Positions 1 through 12,849 of a stretch of DNA of 64,000 nt are shown here, piece by piece; within the stretch, counting starts at the first letter, position 1; each line of letters starts with the position of its first letter. Location of the stretch: contig JAUCBJ010007794.1 in the NCBI GenBank assembly GCA_032718475.1, forward strand, positions 6,123-70,122, given 5' to 3'. The notes under the pieces were generated by a model. The model was not told the origin of the DNA. It did not search any database and saw only the letters and a list, made by a program, of their open reading frames with translations. The position numbers were made by a program, and so were the translations under genes. The stretch is from Nemertoderma westbladi. Taxonomy: Eukaryota; Animalia; Xenacoelomorpha.

Positions 1-3000
1 GGGTGGAGCTGGAGCCACAGCGGGTGGTATAGGGAGGAGCAGTTGGATTGGGCTGAGGCTGGTGGAAGGGTGGAGCTGGAGCCACAGCGGGTGGTATAGG
101 GAGGAGCAGTTGGATTGGGCTGAGGCTGGTGGAAGGGTGGAGCTGGAGCCACAGCGGGTGGTATAGGGAGGAGCAGTTGGATTGGGCTGAGGCTGGTGGA
201 AGGGTGGAGCTGGAGCCACAGCGGGTGGTATAGGGAGGAGCAGTTGGATTGGGCTGAGGCTGGTGGAAGGGTGGAGCTGGAGCCACAGCGGGTGGTATAG
301 GGAGGAGCAGTTGGATTGGGCTGAGGCTGGTGGAAGGGTGGAGCTGGAGCCACAGCGGGTGGTATAGGGAGGAGCAGTTGGATTGGGCTGAGGCTGGTGG
401 AAGGGTGGAGCTGGAGCCACAGCGGGTGGTATAGGGAGGAGCAGTTGGATTGGGCTGAGGCTGGTGGAAGGGTGGAGCTGGAGCCACAGCGGGTGGTATA
501 GGGAGGAGCAGTTGGATTGGGCTGAGGCTGGTGGAAGGGTGGAGCTGGAGCCACAGCGGGTGGTATAGGGAGGAGCAGTTGGATTGGGCTGAGGCTGGTG
601 GAAGGGTGGAGCTGGAGCCACAGCGGGTGGTATAGGGAGGAGCAGTTGGATTGGGCTGAGGCTGGTGGAAGGGTGGAGCTGGAGCCACAGCGGGTGGTAT
701 AGGGAGGAGCAGTTGGATTGGGCTGAGGCTGGTGGAAGGGTGGAGCTGGAGCCACAGCGGGTGGTATAGGGAGGAGCAGTTGGATTGGGCTGAGGCTGGT
801 GGAAGGGTGGAGCTGGAGCCACAGCGGGTGGTATAGGGAGGAGCAGTTGGATTGGGCTGAGGCTGGTGGAAGGGTGGAGCTGGAGCCACAGCGGGTGGTA
901 TAGGGAGGAGCAGTTGGATTGGGCTGAGGCTGGTGGAAGGGTGGAGCTGGAGCCACAGCGGGTGGTATAGGGAGGAGCAGTTGGATTGGGCTGAGGCTGG
1001 TGGAAGGGTGGAGCTGGAGCCACAGCGGGTGGTATAGGGAGGAGCAGTTGGATTGGGCTGAGGCTGGTGGAAGGGTGGAGCTGGAGCCACAGCGGGTGGT
1101 ATAGGGAGGAGCAGTTGGATTGGGCTGAGGCTGGTGGAAGGGTGGAGCTGGAGCCACAGCGGGTGGTATAGGGAGGAGCAGTTGGATTGGGCTGAGGCTG
1201 GTGGAAGGGTGGAGCTGGAGCCACAGCGGGTGGTATAGGGAGGAGCAGTTGGATTGGGCTGAGGCTGGTGGAAGGGTGGAGCTGGAGCCACAGCGGGTGG
1301 TATAGGGAGGAGCAGTTGGATTGGGCTGAGGCTGGTGGAAGGGTGGAGCTGGAGCCACAGCGGGTGGTATAGGGAGGAGCAGTTGGATTGGGCTGAGGCT
1401 TGTGGAAGGGTGGAGCTGGAGCCACAGCGGGTGGTATAGGGAGGCGCAGTTGGATTGGGCTGAGGCTGGTGGAAGGGTGGAGCTGGAGCCACAGCGTGTG
1501 GTATAGGGAGGATCAGTTGGATTGGGCTGAGGCTGGTGGAAGGGTGGAGCTGGAGCCACAGCGGGTGGTATAGGGAGGAGCAGTTGGATTGGGCTGAGGC
1601 TGGTGGAAGGGTGGAGCTGGAGCCACAGCGGGTGGTATAGGGAGGAGCAGTTGGATTGGGCTGAGGCTGGTGGAAGGGTGGAGCTGGAGCCACAGCGGGT
1701 GGTATAGGGAGGAGCAGTTGGATTGGGCTGAGGCTGGTGGAAGGGTGGAGCTGGAGCCACAGCGGGTGGTATAGGGAGGAGCAGTTGGATTGGGCTGAGG
1801 CTGGTGGAAGGGTGGAGCTGGAGCCACAGCGGGTGGTATAGGGAGGAGCAGTTGGATTGGGCTGAGGCTGGTGGAAGGGTGGAGCTGGAGCCACAGCGGG
1901 TGGTATAGGGAGGAGCAGTTGGATTGGGCTGAGGCTGGTGGAAGGGTGGAGCTGGAGCCACAGCGGGTGGTATAGGGAGGAGCAGTTGGATTGGGCTGAG
2001 GCTGGTGGAAGGGTGGAGCTGGAGCCACAGCGGGTGGTATAGGGAGGAGCAGTTGGATTGGGCTGAGGCTGGTGGAAGGGTGGAGCTGGAGCCACAGCGG
2101 GTGGTATAGGGAGGAGCAGTTGGATTGGGCTGAGGCTGGTGGAAGGGTGGAGCTGGAGCCACAGCGGGTGGTATAGGGAGGAGCAGTTGGATTGGGCTGA
2201 GGCTGGTGGAAGGGTGGAGCTGGAGCCACAGCGGGTGGTATAGGGAGGAGCAGTTGGATTGGGCTGAGGCTGGTGGAAGGGTGGAGCTGGAGCCACAGCG
2301 GGTGGTATAGGGAGGAGCAGTTGGATTGGGCTGAGGCTGGTGGAAGGGTGGAGCTGGAGCCACAGCGGGTGGTATAGGGAGGAGCAGTTGGATTGGGCTG
2401 AGGCTGGTGGAAGGGTGGAGCTGGAGCCACAGCGGGTGGTATAGGGAGGAGCAGTTGGATTGGGCTGAGGCTGGTGGAAGGGTGGAGCTGGAGCCACAGC
2501 GGGTGGTATAGGGAGGAGCAGTTGGATTGGGCTGAGTGCTAGTGGAAGGGTGGAGCTGGAGCCACAGCGGGTGGTATAGGGAGGGGCAGTTGGATTGGGC
2601 TGAGGCTGGTGGAAGGGTGGAGCTGGAGCCACAGCGGGTGGTATAGGGAGGAGCAGTTGGATTGGGCTGAGTCTTGTGGAAGGGTGGAGCTGGAGCCACA
2701 GCGGGTGGTATAGGGAGGCGCAGTTGGATTGGGCTGAGGCTGGTGGAAGGGAGGAGCTGGAGCCACAGCGTGTGGTATAGGGAGGATCAGTTGGATTGGG
2801 CTGAGGCTGGTGGAAGGGTGGAGCTGGAGCCACAGCGGGTGGTATAGGGAGGAGCAGTTGGATTGGGCTGAGGCTGGTGGAAGGGTGGAGCTGGAGCCAC
2901 AGCGGGTGGTATAGGGAGGAGCAGTTGGATTGGGCTGAGGCTGGTGGAAGGGTGGAGCTGGAGCCACAGCGGGTGGTATAGGGAGGAGCAGTTGGATTGG

Positions 3001-6000
3001 GCTGAGGCTGGTGGAAGGGTGGAGCTGGAGCCACAGCGGGTGGTATAGGGAGGAGCAGTTGGATTGGGCTGAGGCTGGTGGAAGGGTGGAGCTGGAGCCA
3101 CAGCGGGTGGTATAGGGAGGAGCAGTTGGATTGGGCTGAGGCTGGTGGAAGGGTGGAGCTGGAGCCACAGCGGGTGGTATAGGGAGGAGCAGTTGGATTG
3201 GGCTGAGGCTGATGGAAGGGTGGAGCTGGAGCCACAGCGGGTGGTATAGGGAGGAGCAGTTGGATTGGGCTGAGGCTGGTGGAAGGGTGGAGCTGGAGCC
3301 ACAGCGGGTGGTATAGGGAGGAGCAGTTGGATTGGGCTGAGGCTGGTGGAAGGGTGGAGCTGGAGCCACAGCGGGTGGTATAGGGAGGAGCAGTTGGATT
3401 GGGCTGAGGCTGGTGGAAGGGTGGAGCTGGAGCCACAGCGGGTGGTATAGGGAGGAGCAGTTGGATTGGGCTGAGGCTGGTGGAAGGGTGGAGCTGGAGC
3501 CACAGCGGGTGGTATAGGGAGGAGCAGTTGGATTGGGCTGAGGCTGGTGGAAGGGTGGAGCTGGAGCCACAGCGGGTGGTATAGGGAGGAGCAGTTGGAT
3601 TGGGCTGAGGCTGGTGGAAGGGTGGAGCTGGAGCCACAGCGGGTGGTATAGGGAGGAGCAGTTGGATTGGGCTGAGGCTGGTGGAAGGGTGGAGCTGGAG
3701 CCACAGCGGGTGGTATAGGGAGGAGCAGTTGGATTGGGCTGAGGCTGGTGGAAGGGTGGAGCTGGAGCCACAGCGGGTGGTATAGGGAGGAGCAGTTGGA
3801 TTGGGCTGAGGCTGGTGGAAGGGTGGAGCTGGAGCCACAGCGGGTGGTATAGGGAGGGGCAGTTGGATTGGGCTGAGGCTGGTGGAAGGGTGGAGCTGGA
3901 GCCACAGCGGGTGGTATAGGGAGGAGCAGTTGGATTGGGCTGAGGCTGGTGGAAGGGTGGAGCTGGAGCCACAGCGGGTGGTATAGGGAGGGGCAGTTGG
4001 ATTGGGCTGAGGCTGGTGGAAGGGTGGAGCTGGAGCCACAGCGGGTGGTATAGGGAGGAGCAGTTGGATTGGGCTGAGGCTGATGGAAGGGTGGAGCTGG
4101 AGCCACAGCGGGTGGTATAGGGAGGAGCAGTTGGATTGGGCTGAGGCTGGTGGAAGGGTGGAGCTGGAGCCACAGCGGGTGGTATAGGGAGGAGCAGTTG
4201 GATTGGGCTGAGGCTGATGGAAGGGTGGAGCTGGAGCCACAGCGGGTGGTATAGGGAGGAGCAGTTGGATTGGGCTGAGGATGGTGGAAGGGTGGAGCTG
4301 GAGCCACGTGGAGCTCGCGGTTGGTATAGGGAGGAGCAGTTGGATTGGGCTGAGGGTGGTGGAAGGGTGGAGCTGGAGCCACAGCGGGTGGTATAGGGAG
4401 GGGCAGTTGGATTGGGCTGAGGCTGGTGGAAGGGTGGAGCTGGAGCCACAGCGGGTGGTATAGGGAGGAGCAGTTGGATTGGGCTGAGGCTGGTGGAAGG
4501 GTGGAGCTGGAGCCACAGCGGGTGGTATAGGGGGGAGCAGTTGGATTGGGCTGAGGCTGATAGAAGGGTGGAGCTGGAGCCACAGCGGGTGGTATAGGGA
4601 GGAGCAGTTGGATTGGGCTGAGGCTGGTGGAAGGGTGGAGCTGGAGCCACAGCGGGTGGTATAGGGAGGAGCAGTTGGATTGGGCTGATGCTGGTGGAAG
4701 GGTGGAGCTGGAGCCACAGCGGGTGGTATAGGGAGGAGCAGTTGGATTGGGCTGAGGCTAGTTGAAGTGTGGAGCTGGAGCCACAGCGGGTGGTATAGGG
4801 AGGAGCAGTTGGATTGGGCTGATGCTGGTGGAAGGGTGGAGCTGGAGCCACAGCGGGTGGTATATGGAGGAGCAGTTGGATTGGGCAGGTGCAAGCGGAA
4901 GGGTGGAGATGGAGCCACAGCGGGTGGTATAGGGAGGGGCAGTTGGATTGGGCTGAGGCTGTTGGAAGGGTGGAGCTGGAGCCACAGCGGGTGGTATAGG
5001 GAGGAGCAGTTGGATTGGGCTGAGTCTTGTGGAAGGGTTGAGCTGGAGCCACAGCGGGTGGTATAGGGAGGCGCAGTTGGATTGGGCTGAGGCTGGTGGA
5101 AGGGAGGAGCTGGAGCCACAGCGTGTGGTATAGGGAGGATCAGTTGGATTGGGCTGAGGCTGGTGGAAGGGTGGAGCTGGAGCCACAGCGGGTGGTATAG
5201 GGAGGAGCAGTTGGATTGGGCTGAGGCTGATGGAAGGGTGGAGCTGGAGCCACAGCGGGTGGTATAGGGAGGAGCAGTTGGATTGGGCTGAGGCTGGTGG
5301 AAGGGTGGAGCTGGAGCCACAGCGGGTGGTATAGGGAGGAGCAGTTGGATTGGGCTGAGGCTGATGGAAGGGTGGAGCTGGAGCCACAGCGGGTGGTATA
5401 GGGAGGAGCAGTTGGATTGGGCTGAGGATGGTGGAAGGGTGGAGCTGGAGCCACAGTGGAGCTACAGCGGTTGGTATAGGGAGGAGCAGTTGGATTGGGC
5501 TGAGGGTGGTGGAAGGGTGGAGCTGGAGCCACAGCGAATGGTATCGGGAGGGGCAGTTGGATTGGGCTGAGGCTGGTGGAAGGGTGGAGCTGGAGCCACA
5601 GCGGGTGGTATAGGGAGGAGCAGTTGGATTGGGCTGAGGCTGGTGGAAGGGTGGAGCTGGAGCCACAGCGGGTGGTATAGGGAGGAGCAGTTGGATTGGG
5701 CTGAGGCTGGTGGAAGGGTGGAGCTGGAGCCACAGCGGGTGGTATAGGGAGGAGCAGTTGGATTGGGCTGAGGCTGGTGGAAGGGTGGAGCTGGAGCCAC
5801 AGCGGGTGGTATAGGGAGGAGCAGTTGGATTGGGCTGAGGCTGGTGGAAGGGTGGAGCTGGAGCCACAGCGGGTGGTATAGGGAGGAGCAGTTGGATTGG
5901 GCTGATGCTGGTGGAAGGGTGGAGCTGGAGCCACAGCGGGTGGTATAGGGAGGAGCAGTTGGATTGGGCTGAGGCTGCAAGCGGAAGGGTGGAGATGGAG

Positions 6001-9000
6001 CCACAGCGGGTGGTATAGGGAGGAGCAGTTGGATTGGGCTGAGTCTTGTGGAAGGGTTGAGCTGGAGCCACAGCGGGTGGTATAGGGAGGCGCAGTTGGA
6101 TTGGGCTGAGGCTGGTGGAAGGGAGGAGCTGGAGCCACAGCGTGTGGTATAGGGAGGATCAGTTGGATTGGGCTGAGGCTGGTGGAAGGGTGGAGCTGGA
6201 GCCACATCGGGTGGTATAGGGAGGAGCAGTTGGATTGGGCTGAGGCTGGTGGAAGGGTGGAACTGGAGCCACAGTGGGTGGTATAGGGAGGAGCAGTTGG
6301 ATTGGGCTGAGGCTTGTGGAAGGTTGGAGCTGGAGCCACAGCGGGTGGTATAGGGAGGAGCAGTTGGATTGGGCTGAGGCTGGTGGAAGGGTGGAGCTGG
6401 TGCCACAGCGGGTGGTATAGGGAGGGGCAGTTGGATTGGGCTGAGGCTGGTGGAAGGGTGGAGCTGGAGCTACAGCGGGTGGTATAGGGAGGAGCAGTTG
6501 GATTGGGCTGAGGCTGGTGGAAGGGTGGAGCTGGAAACACAGCGGGTGGTATAGGGAGGGGCAGTTGGATTGGGCTGAGGCTGGTGGAAGGGTGGAGCTG
6601 GAGCTACAGCGGGTGGTATAGGGAGGAGCAGTTGGTTTGGGCTGAGGCTGGTTGAAGGGTGGAGCTGGAACCACAGCGGGTGGTATAGGGAGGAGCAGTT
6701 GGATTGGGCTGAGGCTGGTGGAAGGGTGGAGCTGGAGCCACAGCGGGTGGTATAGGGAGGAGCAGTTGGATTGGGCTGAGGCTGTTGGAAGGGTGGAGCT
6801 GGAGCCACAGCGGGTGGTATAGGGAGGAGCAGTTGGATTGGGCTGAGGCTGGTGGAAGGGTGGAGCTGGAGCCACAGCGGGTGGTATAGGGAGGAGCAGT
6901 TGGATTGGGCTGGTGCAAGCGGAAGGGTGGAGATGGATCCACAGCGGGTGGTATAGGGAGGGGCAGTTGGATTGAGCTGAGGCTGTTGGAAGGGTGGAGC
7001 TGGAGCCACAGCGGGTGGTATAGGGAGGAGCAGTTGGATTGGGCTGAGTCTTGTGGAAGGGTTGTGCTAGAGCCACAGCAGGTGTTATAGGGAGGCGCAG
7101 TTGGATTGGGCTGAGGCTGGTGGAAGGGAGGAGCTGGAGCCACAGCGGGTGGTATAGGGAGGATCAGTTGGATTGGGCTGAGGCTGGTGGAAGGGTGGAG
7201 CTGGAGCCACAGCGGGTGGTATAGGGAGGAGCAGTTGGATTGGGCTGAGGCTGGTGGAAGGGTGGAGCTGGAGCCACAGCGGGTGGTATAGGGAGGAGCA
7301 GTTGGATTGGGCTGATGCTGGTGGAAGGGTGGAGCTGGAGCCACAGCGGGTGGTATAGGGAGGAGCAGTTGGATTGGGCTGAGGCTAGTACTTGAAGTGT
7401 GGAGCTGGAGCCACAGCGGGTGGTATAGGGAGGAGCAGTTGGATTGGGCTGATGCTGGTGGAAGGGTGGAGCTGGAGCCACAGCGGGTGGTATAGGGAGG
7501 AGCAGTTGGATTGGGCTGAGGCTGGTGGAAGGGTGGAGCTGGAGCCACAGCGGGTGGTATAGGGAGGAGCAGTTGGATTGGGCTGGTGCAAGCGGAAGGG
7601 TGGAGATGGAGCCACAGCGGGTGGTATAGGGAGGGGCAGTTGGATTGGGCTGAGGCTGTTGGAAGGGTGGAGCTGGACCCACAGCGGGTGGTATAGGGAG
7701 GAGCAGTTGGATTGGGCTCAGTCTTGTGGAAGGGTTGAGCTGGAGCCACAGCGGGTGGTATAAGGAGGCGCAGTTGGATTGGGCTGAGGCTGGTGGAAGG
7801 GAAGAGCTGGAGCTACAGCGTGTGGTATAGGGAGGATCAGTTGGATTGGGCTGAGACTGGTGGAAGGGTGGAGCTGGAGCCACAGCGTGTGGTATAGGGA
7901 GGAGCAGTTGGATTGGGCTGGTGCAAGCGGAACGGTGGAGCTGGAACCACAGCGGGTGTTATAGGGAGGACCAGTTGGATTGGGCTGAGGCTGGTGGAAT
8001 GGTGGAGCTGGAACCACAGTGGGTGGTATAGGGCGGATCAGTTGGATTGGGCTGAGGCTGCTGGAAGGGTAGAGCTGGAGCGACAGCGGGTGGTATAGGG
8101 AGGAGCAGTTGGATTGGGCTGAGGCTGGTGGAAGGGTGGAGCTGGAGCCACAGCGGCTGGTATAGGGAGGAGCAGTTGGATTGGGCTGAGGCTGGTGGAA
8201 GGGTGGAGCTGGAGCCACAGTGGCTGGTATAGGGAGGAGCAGTTGGATTGGGCTGAGGCTGGTGGAAGGGTGGAGCTGGAGGACAGCGGCTGGTATAGGG
8301 AGGAGCAGTTGGATTGGGCTGAGGCTGGTGGAAGGGTGGAGCTGGAGGCACAGCAGGTGGTATAGGGAGGAGCAGTTGGATTGGGCTGAGGCTGGTGGAA
8401 GGGTGGAGCTGGAGCCACAGCGGGTGGTATAGGGCGGAGCAGTTGGATTGGGCTGAGGCTGGTGGAAGGGTGGAGCTGGAGCCACAGCGGGTGGTATAGG
8501 GAGGAGCAGTTGGATTGGGCTGAGGCTGGTGGAAGGGTGGAGCTGGAGCCACAGCGGCTGGTATAGGGAGGAGCAGTTGGATTGGGCTGAGGCTGGTGGA
8601 AGGGTGGAGCTGGAGCCACAGCGGGTGGTATAGGGAGGAGCAGTTGGATTGGGCTGAGGCTGGTAGAAGGGTGGAGCTGGAGCCACAGCGGGTGGTATAG
8701 GGAGGAGCAGTTGGATTGGGCTGAGGCTGTGAAGGTGGAGCTGGAGCCACAGCGGGTGGTATAGGGAGGAGCAGTTGGATTGGGCTGATGCTGGTGGAAG
8801 GGTGGAGCTGGAGCCACAGCGGGTGGTATAGAGAGGAGCAGTTGGATTGGGCTGATGCTGGTGGAAGGGTGGAGCTGTAACCACATCGGGTGGTATAGGG
8901 AGGAGCAGTTGGATTGGGCAGGTGCAAGCGGAAGGGTGGAGATGGAGCCACAGCGGGTGGTATAGGGAGGAGCAGTTGGATTGGGCTGAGTCTTGTGGAA

Positions 9001-12000
9001 GGGTTGAGCTGGAGCCACAGCGGGTGGTATAGGGAGGCGCAGTTGGATTGGGCTGAGGCTGGTGGAAGGGAGGAGCTGGAGCCACAGCGTGTGGTATAGG
9101 GAGGATCAGTTGGATTGGGCTGAGGCTGGTGGAAGGGTGGAGCTGGAGCCACATCGGGTGGTATAGGGAGGAGCAGTTGGATTGGGCTGAGGCTGGTGGA
9201 AGGGTGGAACTGGAGCCACAGTGGGTGGTATAGGGAGGAGCAGTTGGATTGGGCTGAGGCTTGTGGAAGGTTGGAGCTGGAGCCACAGCGGGTGGTATAG
9301 GGAGGAGCAGTTGGATTGGGCTGAGGCTGGTGGAAGGGTGGAGCTGGTGCCACAGCGGGTGGTATAGGGAGGGGCAGTTGGATTGGGCTGAGGCTGGTGG
9401 AAGGGTGGAGCTGGAGCTACAGCGGGTGGTATAGGGAGGAGCAGTTGGATTGGGCTGAGGCTGGTGGAAGGGTGGAGCTGGAAACACAGCGGGTGGTATA
9501 GGGAGGGGCAGTTGGATTGGGCTGAGGCTGGTGGAAGGGTGGAGCTGGAGCTACAGCGGGTGGTATAGGGAGGAGCAGTTGGTTTGGGCTGAGGCTGGTT
9601 GAAGGGTGGAGCTGGAACCACAGCGGGTGGTATAGGGAGGAGCAGTTGGATTGGGCTGATGCTGGTGGAAGGGTGGAGCTGGAGCCACAGCGGGTGGTAT
9701 AGGGAGGAGCAGTTGGATTGGGCTGAGGCTAGTTGAAGTGTGGAGCTGGAGCCACAGCGGGTGGTATAGGGAGGAGCAGTTGGATTGGGCTGATGCTGGT
9801 GGAAGGGTGGAGCTGGAGCCACAGCGGGTGGTATAGGGAGGAGCAGTTGGATTGGGCTGGTGCAAGCGGAAGGGTGGAGATGGATCCACAGCGGGTGGTA
9901 TAGGGAGGGGCAGTTGGATTGAGCTGAGGCTGTTGGAAGGGTGGAGCTGGAGCCACAGCGGGTGGTATAGGGAGGAGCAGTTGGATTGGGCTGAGTCTTG
10001 TGGAAGGGTTGTGCTAGAGCCACAGCAGGTGTTATAGGGAGGCGCAGTTGGATTGGGCTGAGGCTGGTGGAAGGGAGGAGCTGGAGCCACAGCGTGTGGT
10101 ATAGGGAGGATCAGTTGGATTGGGCTGAGGCTGGTGGAAGGGTGGAGCTGGAGCCACAGCGGGTGGTATAGGGAGGAGCAGTTGGATTGGGCTGAGGCTG
10201 GTGGAAGGGTGGAGCTGGAGCCACAGCGGGTGGTATAGGGAGGAGCAGTTGGATTGGGCTGATGCTGGTGGAAGGGTGGAGCTGGAGCCACATCGGGTGG
10301 TATAGGGAGGAGCAGTTCGATTGGGCTGAGGCTAGATACTTGAAGTGTGGAGTTGGAGCCACAGCGGGTAGTATAGGGAGGAGCAGTTGGATTGGGCTGA
10401 TGCTGGTGGAAGGGTGGAGCTGGAGCCACAGCGGGTGGTATAGGGAGGATCAGTTGAATTGGGCTGAGGCTGGTGGAAGGGTGGAGCTGGAGCCACAGCG
10501 GGTGGTATAGGGAGGAGCAGTTGGATTGGGCTGGTGCAAGCGGAAGGGTGGAGATGGAGCCACAGCGGGTGGTATAGGGAGGGGCAGTTGGATTGGGCTG
10601 AGGCTGTTGGAAGGGTGGAGCTGGACCCACAGCGGGTAGTATAGGGAGGAGCAGTTGGATTGGGCTCAGTCTTGTGGAAGGGTTGAGCTGGAGCCACAGC
10701 GGGTGGTATAAGGAGGCGCAGTTGGATTGGGCTGAGGCTGGTGGAAGGGAAGAGCTGGAGCTACAGCGTGTGGTATAGGGAGGATCAGTTGAATTGGGCT
10801 GAGACTGGTGGAAGGGTGGAGCTGGAGCCACAGCGTGTGGTATAGGGAGGAGCAGTTGGATTGGGCTGGTGCAAGCGGAACGGTGGAGCTGGAACCACAG
10901 CGGGTGTTATAGGGAGGACCAGTTGGATTGGGCTGAGGCTGGTGGAATGGTGGAGCTGGAACCACAGTGGGTGGTATAGGGCGGATCAGTTGGATTGGGC
11001 TGAGGCTGCTGGAAGGGTAGAGCTGGAGGACAGCGGGTGGTATAGGGAGGAGCAGTTTGATTGGGCTGAGGCTGGTGGAAGGGTGGAGCTGGAGCCACAG
11101 CGGCTGGTATAGGGAGGAGCAGTTGGATTGGGCTGAGGCTGGTGGAAGGGTGGAGCTGGAGCCACAGTGGCTGGTATAGGGAGGAGCAGTTGGATTGGGC
11201 TGAGGCTGGTGGAAGGGTGGAGCTGGAGGACAGCGGCTGGTATAGGGAGGAGCAGTTGGATTGGGCTAAGGCTGGTAGAAGGGTGGAGCTGGAGGCACAG
11301 CAGGTGTTATAGGTAGGAGCAGTTGGATTGGGCTGAGGCTGGTGGAAGGGTGGAGCTGGAACCACAGCGGGTGGTATAGGGCGGAGCAGTTGGATTGGGC
11401 TGAGGCTGGTGGAAGGGTGGAGCTGGAGCCACAGCGGGTGGTATAGGGAGGAGCAGTTAGATTGGGCTGAGGCTGGTGGAAGGGTGGAGCTGGAGCCACA
11501 GCGGCTGGTATAGGGAGGAGCAGTTGGATTGGGCTGAGGCTGGTGGAAGGGTGGAGCTGGAGCGACAGCGGGTGGTATAGGGGGGAGCAGTTGGATTGGG
11601 CTGAGGCTGGTGGAAGGGTGGAGCTGGAGCCACAGCGGCTGGTATAGGGAGGAACAGTTGGATTGGGCTGAGGCTGGTGGAAGGGTGGAGCTGGAGCCAC
11701 AGCGGGTAGTATAGGGAGGAGCAGTTGGATTGGGCTGATGCTGGTAGAAGGGTGGAGCTGGAGTCACAGCGGATGGTAGGGAGAAGCAGTTGGATTGGGC
11801 TGAAGCTGGTGGAGCTGGAGCCACAGCGGGTGTTATAGGGAGGAGCAGTTGGATTGGGGTGAGGCTGTTGGAAGGGTGGAGCTGGAGCCACATCGGGTGG
11901 TAGGGAGGAGCAGTTGGATTGGACTGAAGATGGAGCCAAAGCGGCTGTTATAGGGAGGAGCAGTTGGATTGGGCTGATGCTGGTGGAAGGGTGGCGCTGG

Positions 12001-12849
12001 AGCCACAGCGGGTGGTATAGAGAGGAGCAGTGGGATTGGGCTGAGGCTGGTGGAAGGGTGGAGCTGTAACCACATCGGGTGGTATAGGGAGGAGCAGTTG
12101 GATTGGACTGAAGATGGTGGAGCTGGAGCCACAGCGGGTGTTATAGGGAGGAGCAGTTGGATTGGGCTGAGGCTGGTGGAAGGGTGGAGCTGTAGCCACT
12201 GCGGGTGGTAGGGAGGAGCAGTTGGATTGGGCTGAAGCAGGTGGAGCTGGAGCCACAGCTGGTGGTATAGGGAGGAGCAGTTGGATTGGGGTGAGGCTGT
12301 TGGAAGGGTGGAGCTGGAGCCACATCGGGTGGTAGGGAGGAGCAGTTGGATTGGACTGAAGATGGAGCCAAAGCGGCTGTTATAGGGAGGAGCAGTTGGA
12401 TTGGGCTGATGCTGGTGGAAGGGTGGAGCTGGAGCCACAGCGGGTGGTATAGAGAGGAGCAGTGGGATTGGGCTGAGGCTGGTGGAAGGGTGGAGCTGTA
12501 ACCACATCGGGTGGTATAGGGAGGAGCAGTTGAATTGGGCTGAAGATGGTTGAGCTGGAGCCACAGCGGGTGTTATAGGGAGGAGCAGTTGGATTGGGCT
12601 GAGGCTGGTGGAAGGGTGGAGCTGTAGCCACTGCGGGTGGTAGGGAGGAGCAGTTGGATTGGGCTGAAGCAGGTGGAGCTGGAGCCACAGCTGGTGGTAT
12701 AGGGAGGAGCAGTTGGATTGGGCTGAGGCTGTTGGAAGGGTGGAGCTGGAGCCACAGCGGGTGGTATAGGGAGGAGCAGTTGGATTGGGCTGAAGCTGTT
12801 GGAAGGGTGGAGCTGGAGCCATAACGGGTGGTATAGGGAGGGGCGGTTG
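1..12849. repeat. 67-bp G-rich tandem satellite (~190 units), starting at the window edge
   Basis: Unit GGGTGGAGCTGGAGCCACAGCGGGTGGTATAGGGAGGAGCAGTTGGATTGGGCTGAGGCTGGTGGAA repeats perfectly from base 1. Variants accumulate after ~4200, shortened units appear after ~11750, and the array ends abruptly at ~12849. Confidence 0.99.

Noticed and set aside
1-1400. Telomerase-type telomere
   Set aside because: The unit is 67 bp, strand polarity is opposite to that expected at a left chromosome end, and the window's chromosomal position is unknown.
1-12849. CRISPR-like array, or functional Chi sites (GCTGGTGG in each unit)
   Set aside because: No unique spacers and no cas genes. The context is eukaryotic, so the Chi match is most likely a by-product of G-richness.
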